Assembly (NCBI GenBank): GCA_022614805.1 | Contig: JAKEHY010000009.1 | Span: 5,118-69,117, forward strand | Source of the DNA: Candidatus Zixiibacteriota bacterium | GTDB lineage: Bacteria > Zixibacteria > MSB-5A5 > DSPP01 | Direction: 5' to 3' | Length of the DNA: 64,000 nt | Shown: positions 38,795 through 48,024 of the stretch, in pieces | Position numbering within the stretch: position 1 is the first letter of the stretch | Layout of the letters: every line of letters starts with the position of its first letter | Made by a program: the position numbers and the translations under genes | Notes under the pieces: model-generated | What the model was told of the DNA's origin: nothing | Database searches by the model: none | Seen by the model: only the letters and a program-made list of their open reading frames with translations

Positions 38795-39366
38795 TACCCC
38801 TCCGCATTCGGATTGATAATCAGATACGCATAAAAGACCAAAGTCGCCTCCACCCGGCCGCTTCGAGAGCCGCGCACCGCTTCCGTAAGAAATAATCCGC
38901 GAAAGGCCGGGAGCGTTTCAATTTTTTGCGCCAGATCGGAAATCGTGCTGTAGGCTCCCTCCAGTTTCAAGGAAAAGGATACCGGGCGGATGAGATTGGG
39001 CCGGGTGGAGTCCATATCCCGGACGGACGAAAGCAGTTCAAAGAAAGTGGGCCGGGCATCCAGCACCAAAAGCCCCTCTTTTTGCGACAGCGCCATCAAA
39101 TCCCCCAAAAAATTCTGCGCTTCGCTCGGCGTATAGAGACTCTCCACCAGTCGGGCGACTGACTTTTCCAGTTCCGTCCGGCGCATCTGCCAGAAAGGAA
39201 TCTGGGGAGCCAGCTTGCGAAGCCGGGCCAGCCGGTTCTCCAGTTCCGCCTGCTTCCCGGCCAGCTGTACCTGTTTCTCCTTGATTGGAAAGTACCCAAA
39301 AACGGCCCCGGTTCCCAAGAGCAGAACCAAAAGCAAAATCCGGTAGAAGGGATGGTTGAACTTCAT
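38794..39366 (-). CDS. PilO/GspM-like assembly protein
   Basis: Single TM plus coiled-coil. Its position is between the PilM/N fusion and the PilP-like gene. Confidence 0.6.
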   Translation of the reverse strand: MKFNHPFYRILLLVLLLGTGAVFGYFPIKEKQVQLAGKQAELENRLARLRKLAPQIPFWQMRRTELEKSVARLVESLYTPSEAQNFLGDLMALSQKEGLLVLDARPTFFELLSSVRDMDSTRPNLIRPVSFSLKLEGAYSTISDLAQKIETLPAFRGLFLTEAVRGSRSGRVEATLVFYAYLIINPNAEG

Positions 39367-41084
39367 CGCAAGGCCACCTCAAGGGCAAAACCGACCGTTT
39401 TCTGGCTGCCGAATTTCTCCTCCGATTTGGAAACGACTTTCACCCTCCCGAAAAAGGGGGAATGCTCCAGCCGGCGGATGAATTCGACCACGACGGCATC
39501 CGTCCGTTCATACGGGGCGGCAGCCGTTCCGGAAATTTCCAGTTTCTCGAACACCCCGTGCTTTTGGCGGGCGGAAAGGGAATCGAGCATCAGCGGCAAA
39601 AGGGTCACCCGCGCCAGCTCGATTTCCGGCGGAGTGAGGTTGGACAGCTCCTTCATATGCCAGGGGAAAACGGCCGGATGGCGGACGAACTGGGAAAGGA
39701 AGTTTTGCGTGGAGAGGATTTTTTGTTCCAAAAAGGCGGCCTGGGAGAAGCCGGGCACGGCCTGCAACCGGGCCAGTTCCTTTTCAAGCCCTCCGACCAG
39801 CGCTTCCGCAGCGTGCAGCCGGTACAATTGAAATCCTTGAAAAAGAACCGCCACAGCCAAAACCGGGAGGGAGAACCGGAAAACAAGACGATTTTGGTGC
39901 TGAAGCCGGAAGGATTTTTCAACCGCTTCGGGCAGCAAATAGGGGCTTTTGTCGCGCCCCAAAGCGGTCCCCAGGGCCTTGGCGAAAAAGGGGTACAGTT
40001 CGGCAAATTCGGCGGCGTTGTCGACCGCGTAGAAAAGCTCGCGGGACTGTGACAAAATGGAAACTTTGATGCCCAAAATGTTCTCGAAGTGGGCCGTAAT
40101 GGTGACGTCACCAGCCGGCAGTCCGGTCAAATACAATCGCGCGACCTTGCGGCCGGAAACCTGGGCCTGATAGAAATCAAGGGAGGAAAGCACTTCCGCC
40201 GTCAAGGGCTCCAAAAACTGAACCAAAGCCCCCGCCTCCAAATCGGACGGCTTCAGACCAATGGAGGAAAATTCACGGAAAAATTCCATTCCATTCTTTC
40301 CGTAGAGGGTGAAATAGGAACTTTTGGGAGAAATTTCCAAAACTCCAACCGCATCCGTTTCCTCGTGGGGAATTACCGGCAAGACGTCGGCAAAACCGAA
40401 CCCTCCCAGCGTGACCCCGGAAAGCGGTACGCCGGCCTGCAGGAACAAAGCGACCTGACGGTCCAAAAGGGAGCGTACAATGGCTACAAAAATCACCTCC
40501 GTTTTTTTGTAGCTTTCCCCTTCTTTTTGGACCGTCCGGTAGGTCCAATAGGCGTTTTCGATAGGAAAGGGGGTTTGTTTGCGGGCCTCCCACAAGACGG
40601 CCTGCTTCTCTTCCGATTTTTTCTTCAAAGCCGGAATGGTGAAACGGCGAAAAAGCACGCCCGGTCCCTGGATGGAAAGGTAAAACCGGGCCCGGGGGTA
40701 GCGGCCGGGCGGCACCAATTCCTGCAGGTATTCTATTAAAGCCCGCTCCTTGTCCGCCTCGTCGAAATCGGGCGTGGGAGCCAGGTCGTGAATGCCAAAA
40801 TCGGCGAGCTCCCATTTCCACCCCAGACGAACGCTGGCTCGGGGTTTTTTGGCCAGCCGCACCCAGCGGAGCTGGTCGGACACTAAATCGAACCCGAAAA
40901 AAACCTCCGGCTCGTAGCGCCACCAGCTTTTCCACCGCCAAACTTGGCGGCCCAAACTGGCAGTCAAGCCGGACAGCCGGTCTTCAGAACCTCCCTTCAC
41001 CGGTTTGGAACGCAAAAGACCTGGCCGAGTTTCCTGTTTGCTCTCTTTTTTAATCCCCGGAAATTTCAAATCTCCCCCTGCCAA
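39363..41084 (-). CDS. PilM-PilN fusion (GspL-like) inner-membrane assembly protein
   Basis: 573 aa with an N-terminal actin-like PilM domain, a TM segment (LPVLAVAVLF), then a PilN-like periplasmic domain. Confidence 0.65.
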   Translation of the reverse strand: MAGGDLKFPGIKKESKQETRPGLLRSKPVKGGSEDRLSGLTASLGRQVWRWKSWWRYEPEVFFGFDLVSDQLRWVRLAKKPRASVRLGWKWELADFGIHDLAPTPDFDEADKERALIEYLQELVPPGRYPRARFYLSIQGPGVLFRRFTIPALKKKSEEKQAVLWEARKQTPFPIENAYWTYRTVQKEGESYKKTEVIFVAIVRSLLDRQVALFLQAGVPLSGVTLGGFGFADVLPVIPHEETDAVGVLEISPKSSYFTLYGKNGMEFFREFSSIGLKPSDLEAGALVQFLEPLTAEVLSSLDFYQAQVSGRKVARLYLTGLPAGDVTITAHFENILGIKVSILSQSRELFYAVDNAAEFAELYPFFAKALGTALGRDKSPYLLPEAVEKSFRLQHQNRLVFRFSLPVLAVAVLFQGFQLYRLHAAEALVGGLEKELARLQAVPGFSQAAFLEQKILSTQNFLSQFVRHPAVFPWHMKELSNLTPPEIELARVTLLPLMLDSLSARQKHGVFEKLEISGTAAAPYERTDAVVVEFIRRLEHSPFFGRVKVVSKSEEKFGSQKTVGFALEVALR

Positions 41085-41089
41085 GCGAA

Positions 41090-42235
41090 TTAGACGGAAA
41101 AGGTTATAATCGACCCGTCGGAAAATTCAACCGTGAAAGTTGTGCCGGCCATATTGGCGCCAGGGCAGCCGCCGGTCTGGCACTCGCGAAAATTTTGCAC
41201 CTCGATGGTTACGGTGGCGCCTGCGGCGATGGTTTGGGACGAACTGAAGCTGACAGTCTGGGTGGAGCCGAAGCGCGGGTTGGACTGGTTGGCCACCGTC
41301 GTTCCCCCCCAGCGAACCAGTTCGTAGTACGAAGCGGGCGTATGGCTGTACGTCAGCTTGACGCTGGTAACGTTGACGCTGGAGGAGCCGGAATTGCGCA
41401 CGTCGAAATCGAGCTGCTGGCCCCCCCCGGTGAGCGATGCCGTGCCGGAAACGTAGCTAAGCGACCCGCCCGAGCCGCCGCTTCCCCACAAGCTGCCCCT
41501 GAATTTGAAATCCAAAATGGTAGTGGAACGGGGCAAAACAACAGCCGTGCGTACCAGGGTATCGTTGGTGGGAGCATAAACGGCGGCCAGCGTTCGCACC
41601 CCCTGGGGAATCAGACCGGAAAAAGCATAATTCCCGGAGGCGTTGGGATTGGTGACGGCGGTGGTCGTTCCCCCCGTGCCGTTGGGATAGGTGATGCGAA
41701 TGCTGACGTTGGCGGCGGAGCTTCCGGGAGCGTTCCCCTGCCCATCCGTGACCACCCCCTGCACGGTGTTGGAGGTCAAATCGGCGGCGGCATTGGCATA
41801 TTGCTTGGTTATTGGGTTGCCGCCCGAACCGCTCGATGTGATAGCAACCCCGCCGGCATACGTGTAAAGATTGCCCCACCCGTCCGTTTTGTAATCGTTT
41901 GGATTCTGGGTAAAATCGTTCTGAATGTACGGCCCTCTCCAAGTGGCATAACCGCCCGGATTGGCGACCAGCCCGTCCAAATTGGTCGGCAAGGAGCCGA
42001 CGTCGCCGACGTAGCCGAAGTCGGAACGAACCCCGTTGGCGAACAAATCGGGATTGCCGGCAATCGCCCAGGAAAGTTTTTCCATCTCCTGTGTGGTGGC
42101 ATCCCAGCGGCTGTTGTCCAGGGCGACATCCATCGACTTAAAGGCAATCGCTCCGAGAATGCCAATGACGATAACCACCAGAAGAACTTCTATCAAGGTA
42201 AACCCTTTTTCCGAACTTTTTCTCAACTGTTTCAC
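41090..42235 (-). CDS. large pilin-like protein (381 aa) with prepilin N-terminus and a Gly/Ser/Thr-rich beta-rich C-terminal region; candidate minor or tip pilin
   Basis: MKQLRKSSEKG/FTLIEVLLVVIVIGILGAIA. A CarboxypepD_reg-like segment (VQGVVTDGQGNAPGSSAANVSIRITYPNGTGG). Confidence 0.7.
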   Translation of the reverse strand: MKQLRKSSEKGFTLIEVLLVVIVIGILGAIAFKSMDVALDNSRWDATTQEMEKLSWAIAGNPDLFANGVRSDFGYVGDVGSLPTNLDGLVANPGGYATWRGPYIQNDFTQNPNDYKTDGWGNLYTYAGGVAITSSGSGGNPITKQYANAAADLTSNTVQGVVTDGQGNAPGSSAANVSIRITYPNGTGGTTTAVTNPNASGNYAFSGLIPQGVRTLAAVYAPTNDTLVRTAVVLPRSTTILDFKFRGSLWGSGGSGGSLSYVSGTASLTGGGQQLDFDVRNSGSSSVNVTSVKLTYSHTPASYYELVRWGGTTVANQSNPRFGSTQTVSFSSSQTIAAGATVTIEVQNFRECQTGGCPGANMAGTTFTVEFSDGSIITFSV

Positions 42236-42242
42236 TTTCTTT

Positions 42243-42689
42243 TCAAAAACTGATGACGATGTTCGTCCCCGAACCGGTGGAGGTTATAGTCCGCGCCGTG
42301 GAATCATAAACATAGTTGACCCCCCAAGCATCATTCAGATAATCCCCGCCCGTGGAATCAATATACGGCCCGTGCCAACCCAGCCGGGTGTATGGATTCC
42401 AGACCGCAACGCCGCCTGGTCTGACCACCAAACCGGTTAAACTTGGCGGAAAGCTCCCCACGTCTCCCCGGTAGCCCCGGTCGGAAAAACGTCCGCTGGA
42501 ACTGACGGACGGATTTCCCATAATCCCTCCCTTCAGCCGCAGCATTTCCTCCTTGGTGGCGCTTGTTTTCGAACCGGAGATGACGTCGCCTATTTTGGGA
42601 ATTGCGACCGCGGCCACTATCCCCAAAACGACGATGATTAAAACCAGCTCCACCAGCGTAAATCCGGCTTTCGATTTCATACGCACCAA
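42243..42689 (-). CDS. type IV pilin/pseudopilin-like protein
   Basis: MVRMKSKAG/FTLVELVLIIVVLGIVAAVAIP. Confidence 0.75.
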   Translation of the reverse strand: MVRMKSKAGFTLVELVLIIVVLGIVAAVAIPKIGDVISGSKTSATKEEMLRLKGGIMGNPSVSSSGRFSDRGYRGDVGSFPPSLTGLVVRPGGVAVWNPYTRLGWHGPYIDSTGGDYLNDAWGVNYVYDSTARTITSTGSGTNIVISF

Positions 42690-42738
42690 CCATCCCGCCG
42701 GCCTATGGCGGGATGAAACAACAGAATTCCAACAACCA

Positions 42739-43167
42739 TTAGAGGTTGTTTTCGCCGGCCGTGTTGGTATTCGGCCAGATTTCTCCGGTGGCAGCCAAAT
42801 AGGCCCAGCCGCCGCGGGTGCCGACGATGACGCCCTTGGTCACGCCGGTGACGATTGAATCCGGAGCGCTGGTCGGCAGTTGGTACGGATTCGCCGGAAT
42901 GGCTTGCTCCATTACCACGCCCGGCGTGCCGAGCTCGGCCAAGGTGGGCCAGGTGGCCGTGCCGGTGGTCACCGCCCGGTTGGCGTAGAAAATGGAAACA
43001 CCCGAGCGCAGCCCGCCCAAAGCTCCCTTGCAGGCGGACAGTTTGGCCTGCGCGGAGATGTCCATATAACGGGGTATCGCCACCGCCGCCAGGATGCCCA
43101 GGACGACGATGATGATGACCAGTTCAATCAGGGTGAAGCCCGATTGATTCTTTGTTTTGAGAAACAT
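42739..43167 (-). CDS. type IV pilin/major pseudopilin-like protein (GspG/PilA-like)
   Basis: MFLKTKNQSG/FTLIELVIIIVVLGILAAVAIP. 142 aa. It is the first gene after pilC. Confidence 0.78.
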   Translation of the reverse strand: MFLKTKNQSGFTLIELVIIIVVLGILAAVAIPRYMDISAQAKLSACKGALGGLRSGVSIFYANRAVTTGTATWPTLAELGTPGVVMEQAIPANPYQLPTSAPDSIVTGVTKGVIVGTRGGWAYLAATGEIWPNTNTAGENNL

Positions 43168-43191
43168 ACTCCCTCCTTTTGGGTTTCGGTT

Positions 43192-44406
43192 TTACTTTTT
43201 AAACACGTTCAATAAATTCCACATCGGCAAAAAAACGGAAAGGGCGAAGAACAAAACAGTCGCCCCCAAGACCACGGTTAAAGCCGGCTCCACTAATTTG
43301 GAAAGCCGCCGGGTGGCGTACGCCACTTCCTGGTCGTAGTGAAAGGCCATCTCGGAAAGCATCCGGTCCAAAGCGCCGGACTCGCTGCCGACGGAAAACA
43401 TCTGCACGGCCAAAGGCGGGAAAACCGGCGAGCGCTCCAGCACCTCTTTCGGCTCCTTCCCTTCCACCATGCCGGCCTCCAGCCGCTCTATCTCCTCCGC
43501 CACGATTCGGTTGCCGATGGCCCCCCGCACCACCTGCAGGGACTGGATAATCGGCAGGCCGCTTTTGACCAACACCGAGAGCATATGGGAAAAACGGCTC
43601 ATCGCCACTCTTAGAAAAATTGTCCCCAAAATCGGCAGCTTCAGCTTAAACTCGTCAAGCCAAACTTCCCCTCGGTCGGTGGCCAACCAGCGTTTGAAAA
43701 AGTAAGCGGCAAAAAACAAAGCCGGGAGGAGATAATACCAATAGCTGCGAATAAGTACGCTGGTTCCCATTAAAATTCGGGTCGGCAGCGGCAATTCCGT
43801 ATTGAAGCGGGAAAAAAGAAAGGCGAATTTGGGAAAAACGAAGGCCACCAGAATCACGAAGGCGGCCGCCAGGGCGATGACTACCAAGGCGGGATAGCGC
43901 AAAGCGTCTTTTAAATCCTCTTTGGTTTTCATCTCCCGTTCCATAAATTCGGCCAGCCGGTCCAGCACCTGGTCGAAATGCCCGGTCGCTTCGCCGGTTT
44001 TGACGGAGGAGACAAACAGTTTCCCGAAGACTTTTTCCTGACGCAAAAAAGCGTCCGCCAGAGTGACTCCCGACTCCAAATCGGAGCGTATTTGTTCGAT
44101 GGCGGAGCGGAGTTGGGGATGGTCGGCCTGGGCAGACAACACAGCCAGGGCACGGAGAATGGGAATACCGGCCCGATAGAGGGTGGAAAGCTGGCGGGTG
44201 AAAACAACCAGCTCGGAAAGCGGCACCCGGCGGCCGCCCCACCGGAAGGCTTGCAGAATGCCTTCAGTTTTGCGTTCCACCACAAGGGGGATATACCCCA
44301 TACGGTCCAGCCGCAGGGAAACTTCCGAAGCGGTTTCGGCCTGCATCGTGCCGGACAAGGCAATACCCGTCCGGTCCACGGCGCGGTAGTTAAATTCCGG
44401 TAACAT
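43192..44406 (-). CDS. pilC: type IV pilus / T2SS inner-membrane platform protein (PilC/GspF family)
   Basis: 404 aa with two T2SSF repeats. Confidence 0.85.
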   Translation of the reverse strand: MLPEFNYRAVDRTGIALSGTMQAETASEVSLRLDRMGYIPLVVERKTEGILQAFRWGGRRVPLSELVVFTRQLSTLYRAGIPILRALAVLSAQADHPQLRSAIEQIRSDLESGVTLADAFLRQEKVFGKLFVSSVKTGEATGHFDQVLDRLAEFMEREMKTKEDLKDALRYPALVVIALAAAFVILVAFVFPKFAFLFSRFNTELPLPTRILMGTSVLIRSYWYYLLPALFFAAYFFKRWLATDRGEVWLDEFKLKLPILGTIFLRVAMSRFSHMLSVLVKSGLPIIQSLQVVRGAIGNRIVAEEIERLEAGMVEGKEPKEVLERSPVFPPLAVQMFSVGSESGALDRMLSEMAFHYDQEVAYATRRLSKLVEPALTVVLGATVLFFALSVFLPMWNLLNVFKK

Positions 44407-44533
44407 ATAGCAATCGTCTCACTTACGTTTAAGCAAACCCCCTATCAAGTCCTTGCTTTTTTTGACTCCTTCTCATCTTCGTTTCGTTCAGCGCCGAACC
44501 GTTTGAGGCCATGTCTAAATTCCCGCTCTCCGC

Positions 44534-46267
44534 TTAGGCGGGAATCAATTCCCCTTTCGGTATATCGGCAAAATCCCCGGCGGAGGTGACCCGCAAAACC
44601 TCCTCCACGGTGGTCAACCCGGCCAAAATCTTTTCCGCCCCGTCCTGCCGCAAAAGCTTCATTCCCTGTTTGCGGGCTTCGGCCAAAATGGCGGCCGTGG
44701 AAGAGCGGCCGGCTATCAACTCTCGAATCGAATCGGTCACCACGAGCATTTCAAAAAGACCGAGCCGGCCGGAAAAGCCGCTCTGCTTGCATTCCCGGCA
44801 GCCGGCGCCCCGGTGGAAAACGGCGTTCGGGTCGTCTATCCAGAGCTCCTTCTTGAGGGACTCCGGCACCGTCACTTTTTCCTTGCAAGCCGGACAGATG
44901 CGCCGCACCAGCCGCTGGGCCACCACCGAGATCAGGGAAGCGGCCAAAAGGTACGCCTCCACTCCCATATCCAAAAGACGGGCCGTCGTGGAGGGGGCGT
45001 CGTTGGCGTGCAGGGTGGACAACACGAGATGCCCGGTCAAAGCCGAGCGGACGGCGATTTCGGCCGTTTCCCGGTCGCGGATTTCTCCGACCATTATGAT
45101 ATCCGGGTCCTGCCGCAAAATCGAGCGCAGGGCGTTGGCGAAAAAAAGCCCGGCCTTTTCGTTGGTTTGCACCTGGGAGATAAAGGGAATGTGGTATTCC
45201 ACCGGGTCTTCCACGGTGATGATGTTTTTTTCGACGGAGTTCAGCTCCCGCAGCATCCCATAGAGGGTGGAGGTCTTGCCGCTGCCGGTCGGGCCGGTGA
45301 CCAGAATGAACCCTTCCGGTTTTTTCATCCCCTGGCGCAAGCGGGAAAGCAGGGCTGCGGGCAACCCGATTTTATCCAGATGGATGGCCAGGCTGGATTT
45401 GTCCAAAATTCTAAGCACCACCTTTTCGCCGAATATGGTGGGGAGGGTGGAAACGCGGAAATCGACTTCGTGCTTCTCCACCCGGTAGGTGAAGCGCCCG
45501 TCCTGGGGAAGCCGTTTTTCGGAGACATCCATATTGGCCATAATTTTGATGCGGGAAACGATGGCCGGGGCCAGCTCCCTGGGGGGGTTGGCCGCCTCGC
45601 GCATAAGGCCGTGAATCCGGAAGCGCACCCGCAAGTGGGCTTCTTCCGGTTCGATGTGAATATCGGAGGCCGTATCCCGAATCCCCTGCGTCAAAAGCAA
45701 ATTGACCAAGCGGATGATGGGGGCGTCGTCGGCCGCTCCGGCAATTTCTCCCGCCTTTCGGGAAACTTCCGCCAGTTCCTTGCCGAACTCTTCCGTCGGC
45801 AGCCCCATTTCCCGGACCACCTCTGCCACCGAATCCTGCACGGTGTAATAGTCCGAAATTGCTTTCTGAACCTGCGAAGGCGCCGCGATGACCCGGTTGA
45901 TTTCCAGCCCGGTGTGGTATTTTAGCTCCTCGACCGCAATCAAATCCAAGGGGTCAACCATGGCGACCGTGAGCGCGCCCCCCAGTTGCAGGATGGGAAT
46001 AAGCCGGTGTTTTTTGGCCAGTTCCACCGGAACCCGCCGGATAACCTCGGGGGCGATGACCAGGTTGTCGACGTTGACTTTGGGGATGGAGAGTTTTTCC
46101 GAAATTATCGAGAGGAAGTCCTCTTCGGTGATAACCCCCTGGCGGATGAGGATGTCCCCCACCCGCTCGCCGGTCTTTTTCTGGATTTTTAAAGCTTCAT
46201 CCAGCTGCTTTTGGGTAACCAGCTTTTTCTCCAAAAGCAGCTCGCCGATGCGCTTTTTGCTTTCCAT
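44534..46267 (-). CDS. pilB: type IV pilus / T2SS assembly ATPase (PilB/GspE family)
   Basis: N-terminal T2SSE_N domain, Walker A GPTGSGKTST, and a tetracysteine motif (CPACKEK...CRECKQSG). Confidence 0.88.
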   Translation of the reverse strand: MESKKRIGELLLEKKLVTQKQLDEALKIQKKTGERVGDILIRQGVITEEDFLSIISEKLSIPKVNVDNLVIAPEVIRRVPVELAKKHRLIPILQLGGALTVAMVDPLDLIAVEELKYHTGLEINRVIAAPSQVQKAISDYYTVQDSVAEVVREMGLPTEEFGKELAEVSRKAGEIAGAADDAPIIRLVNLLLTQGIRDTASDIHIEPEEAHLRVRFRIHGLMREAANPPRELAPAIVSRIKIMANMDVSEKRLPQDGRFTYRVEKHEVDFRVSTLPTIFGEKVVLRILDKSSLAIHLDKIGLPAALLSRLRQGMKKPEGFILVTGPTGSGKTSTLYGMLRELNSVEKNIITVEDPVEYHIPFISQVQTNEKAGLFFANALRSILRQDPDIIMVGEIRDRETAEIAVRSALTGHLVLSTLHANDAPSTTARLLDMGVEAYLLAASLISVVAQRLVRRICPACKEKVTVPESLKKELWIDDPNAVFHRGAGCRECKQSGFSGRLGLFEMLVVTDSIRELIAGRSSTAAILAEARKQGMKLLRQDGAEKILAGLTTVEEVLRVTSAGDFADIPKGELIPA

Positions 46268-46464
46268 CTGGATGTACCTATCCCCCTTAACTTCTTATCG
46301 GCAAAAAAGATGGGATTTACAGGCAGGTTAGGCCTGAACGCCTGCCGATCGCTTTTTTGAAAGGGTTCGAACACTAAAACGGGCGCGGCATCAAGGGGAA
46401 AGGCTTAAAAACAAGAAGCGGGAGCGAAAAATCCGTTCCCGTTTTTTTCCGCCGGCAAATAAAG

Positions 46465-47493
46465 TTATACCGCGTCTTTGGCCGAGCCGAGCCGGACCCC
46501 GTAATTCTTTTGGTAGTACTGCTGATATTCCCCCGACTTGACCTTCTGCCACCAGGAGCGGTTGTTGACGTACCAGTCGATGGTCAAATCCAAGGCCTCT
46601 TCAAGCGAGCGCCGCGACTTCCAGCCAAGTTCCCGTTCCAGTTTGGAGGCGTCCAACGCATAGCGCCGGTCATGGCCGGGGCGGTCGGCCACATGGGTGA
46701 TCAAGGATTCCGGTTTTCTCAAGCGCGCCAGAATCCGGCGGGTGATGTCCAAGTTGGTTAGTTCGTTGCTGCCGCCGACGTTATAAATTTCTCCCGGCCT
46801 GCCCTCGAAAAGCATTTTTTCAATGGCCCGGCAATGGTCGGCAACAAACAGCCAGTCCCGGACGTAGAGTCCGTCGCCATAAACGGGCAGGGGTTTATCC
46901 TCCAAAGCGTTGGTGACGAACAGCGGAATCAGCTTTTCCGGAAACTGGTATGGCCCGAAGTTGTTGGTGCAGCGGTCAACTACAAGGGGCAGTGCGAAGG
47001 ACTTAAAATAGGCCAGGGCCAGCAAATCGGAGGAGGCTTTGGACGCGGAATATGGAGAAGTCGGATTGAGCCGCGAAGCTTCCGTGAACTTCCCCGAGGA
47101 GGTGCTGCCGTACACTTCGTCGGTGGAGATATGCACGAACCGTTCGACCTTATGGCGAAGGGCCAAATCCAGCAAATTTCCGGTGCCGAAAACGTTGGTT
47201 TCGACGAAGGTCAACGGGGAATAAAGGCTTCGGTCCACGTGCGATTCAGCCGCAAAATGAACGATGCCCCAGATTTTTTCCTTGAAAACCGGCTCCAGCT
47301 CTGCCCGCATGGCCACATCCCCCCGCACAAAGTGGTAACGCGGGTTGTCTTCGACGTCGGTCAGGTTTTCCAGATTACCGGCGTAGGTCAGCTTGTCGAA
47401 GTTTATGATTTCGCATTCCGGCCGGTCGGACAAAAGATGGCGGATGAAGTTGGAGCCGATGAAGCCGGCCCCGCCCGTCACCAGAACCCTCAT
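46465..47493 (-). CDS. rfbB: dTDP-glucose 4,6-dehydratase
   Basis: MRVLVTGGAGFIGSNF Rossmann motif and a YxxxK active site. Start trimmed to the ATG at 47493 (ATGA overlap with rfbC). Confidence 0.88.
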   Translation of the reverse strand: MRVLVTGGAGFIGSNFIRHLLSDRPECEIINFDKLTYAGNLENLTDVEDNPRYHFVRGDVAMRAELEPVFKEKIWGIVHFAAESHVDRSLYSPLTFVETNVFGTGNLLDLALRHKVERFVHISTDEVYGSTSSGKFTEASRLNPTSPYSASKASSDLLALAYFKSFALPLVVDRCTNNFGPYQFPEKLIPLFVTNALEDKPLPVYGDGLYVRDWLFVADHCRAIEKMLFEGRPGEIYNVGGSNELTNLDITRRILARLRKPESLITHVADRPGHDRRYALDASKLERELGWKSRRSLEEALDLTIDWYVNNRSWWQKVKSGEYQQYYQKNYGVRLGSAKDAV

Positions 47494-47960
47494 CCGTCCT
47501 TTCGGTCCCACTTGTACGGGATATCGTTTTGATGCGGGTCTACCCGGTACTCGTCCGGACTTTTGTAGTCGTACAATTCCGTGGGGCAGTTGATGATAAT
47601 CGTCTCTTCGGTAGAAATCCCCTTGAAGCCGTGATAAACCAGAGGCGGAATTTGCAGAAGCTTGGGGTTATGCTCCCCCAGAAAAAATTCGTTCACCTCC
47701 CCCTTGGTGGCCGAACCCTCGCGCGGGTCGTACAGCACGATTTTGGCCATCCCCCTCACCACGGCAAAGTTGTCGATTTGCTTGTGGTGGTAGTGCCAGC
47801 CCTTTACTACGCCGGGGTAAACGCAGGTCATATAGAGCTGGCCGAATTTTATGAAAATGTCTTCATCCGAGCGCAGGATTTCCATCAATCGTCCCCGTTC
47901 ATCGGGAATTACCCTAAGCTCTTTTAAGCGGACACCGGCGATCATCGTTAATGGCCCCAA
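47490..47960 (-). CDS. rfbC: dTDP-4-dehydrorhamnose 3,5-epimerase
   Basis: Cupin fold with the conserved HYHH region. The start is either TTG at 47960 or ATG at 47945. Confidence 0.85.
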   Translation of the reverse strand: MGPLTMIAGVRLKELRVIPDERGRLMEILRSDEDIFIKFGQLYMTCVYPGVVKGWHYHHKQIDNFAVVRGMAKIVLYDPREGSATKGEVNEFFLGEHNPKLLQIPPLVYHGFKGISTEETIIINCPTELYDYKSPDEYRVDPHQNDIPYKWDRKDG

Positions 47961-48024
47961 AACGGGGAAAAAGAAATATCCAAACCCCTGGAGGAAAAGT
48001 CAAGTTGAAGGAAATTGAGGAAGA

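Noticed and set aside
44813-45925. 370-aa plus-strand ORF antisense to pilB; also 53563..54684(+) and 58954..59704(+) antisense to secreted-protein genes
   Set aside because: They are antisense artefacts.
46370-46400. tRNA-like T-loop sequence GGGTTCGAACAC
   Set aside because: There is no complementary acceptor stem or anticodon arm around it, so it is most likely a chance match.
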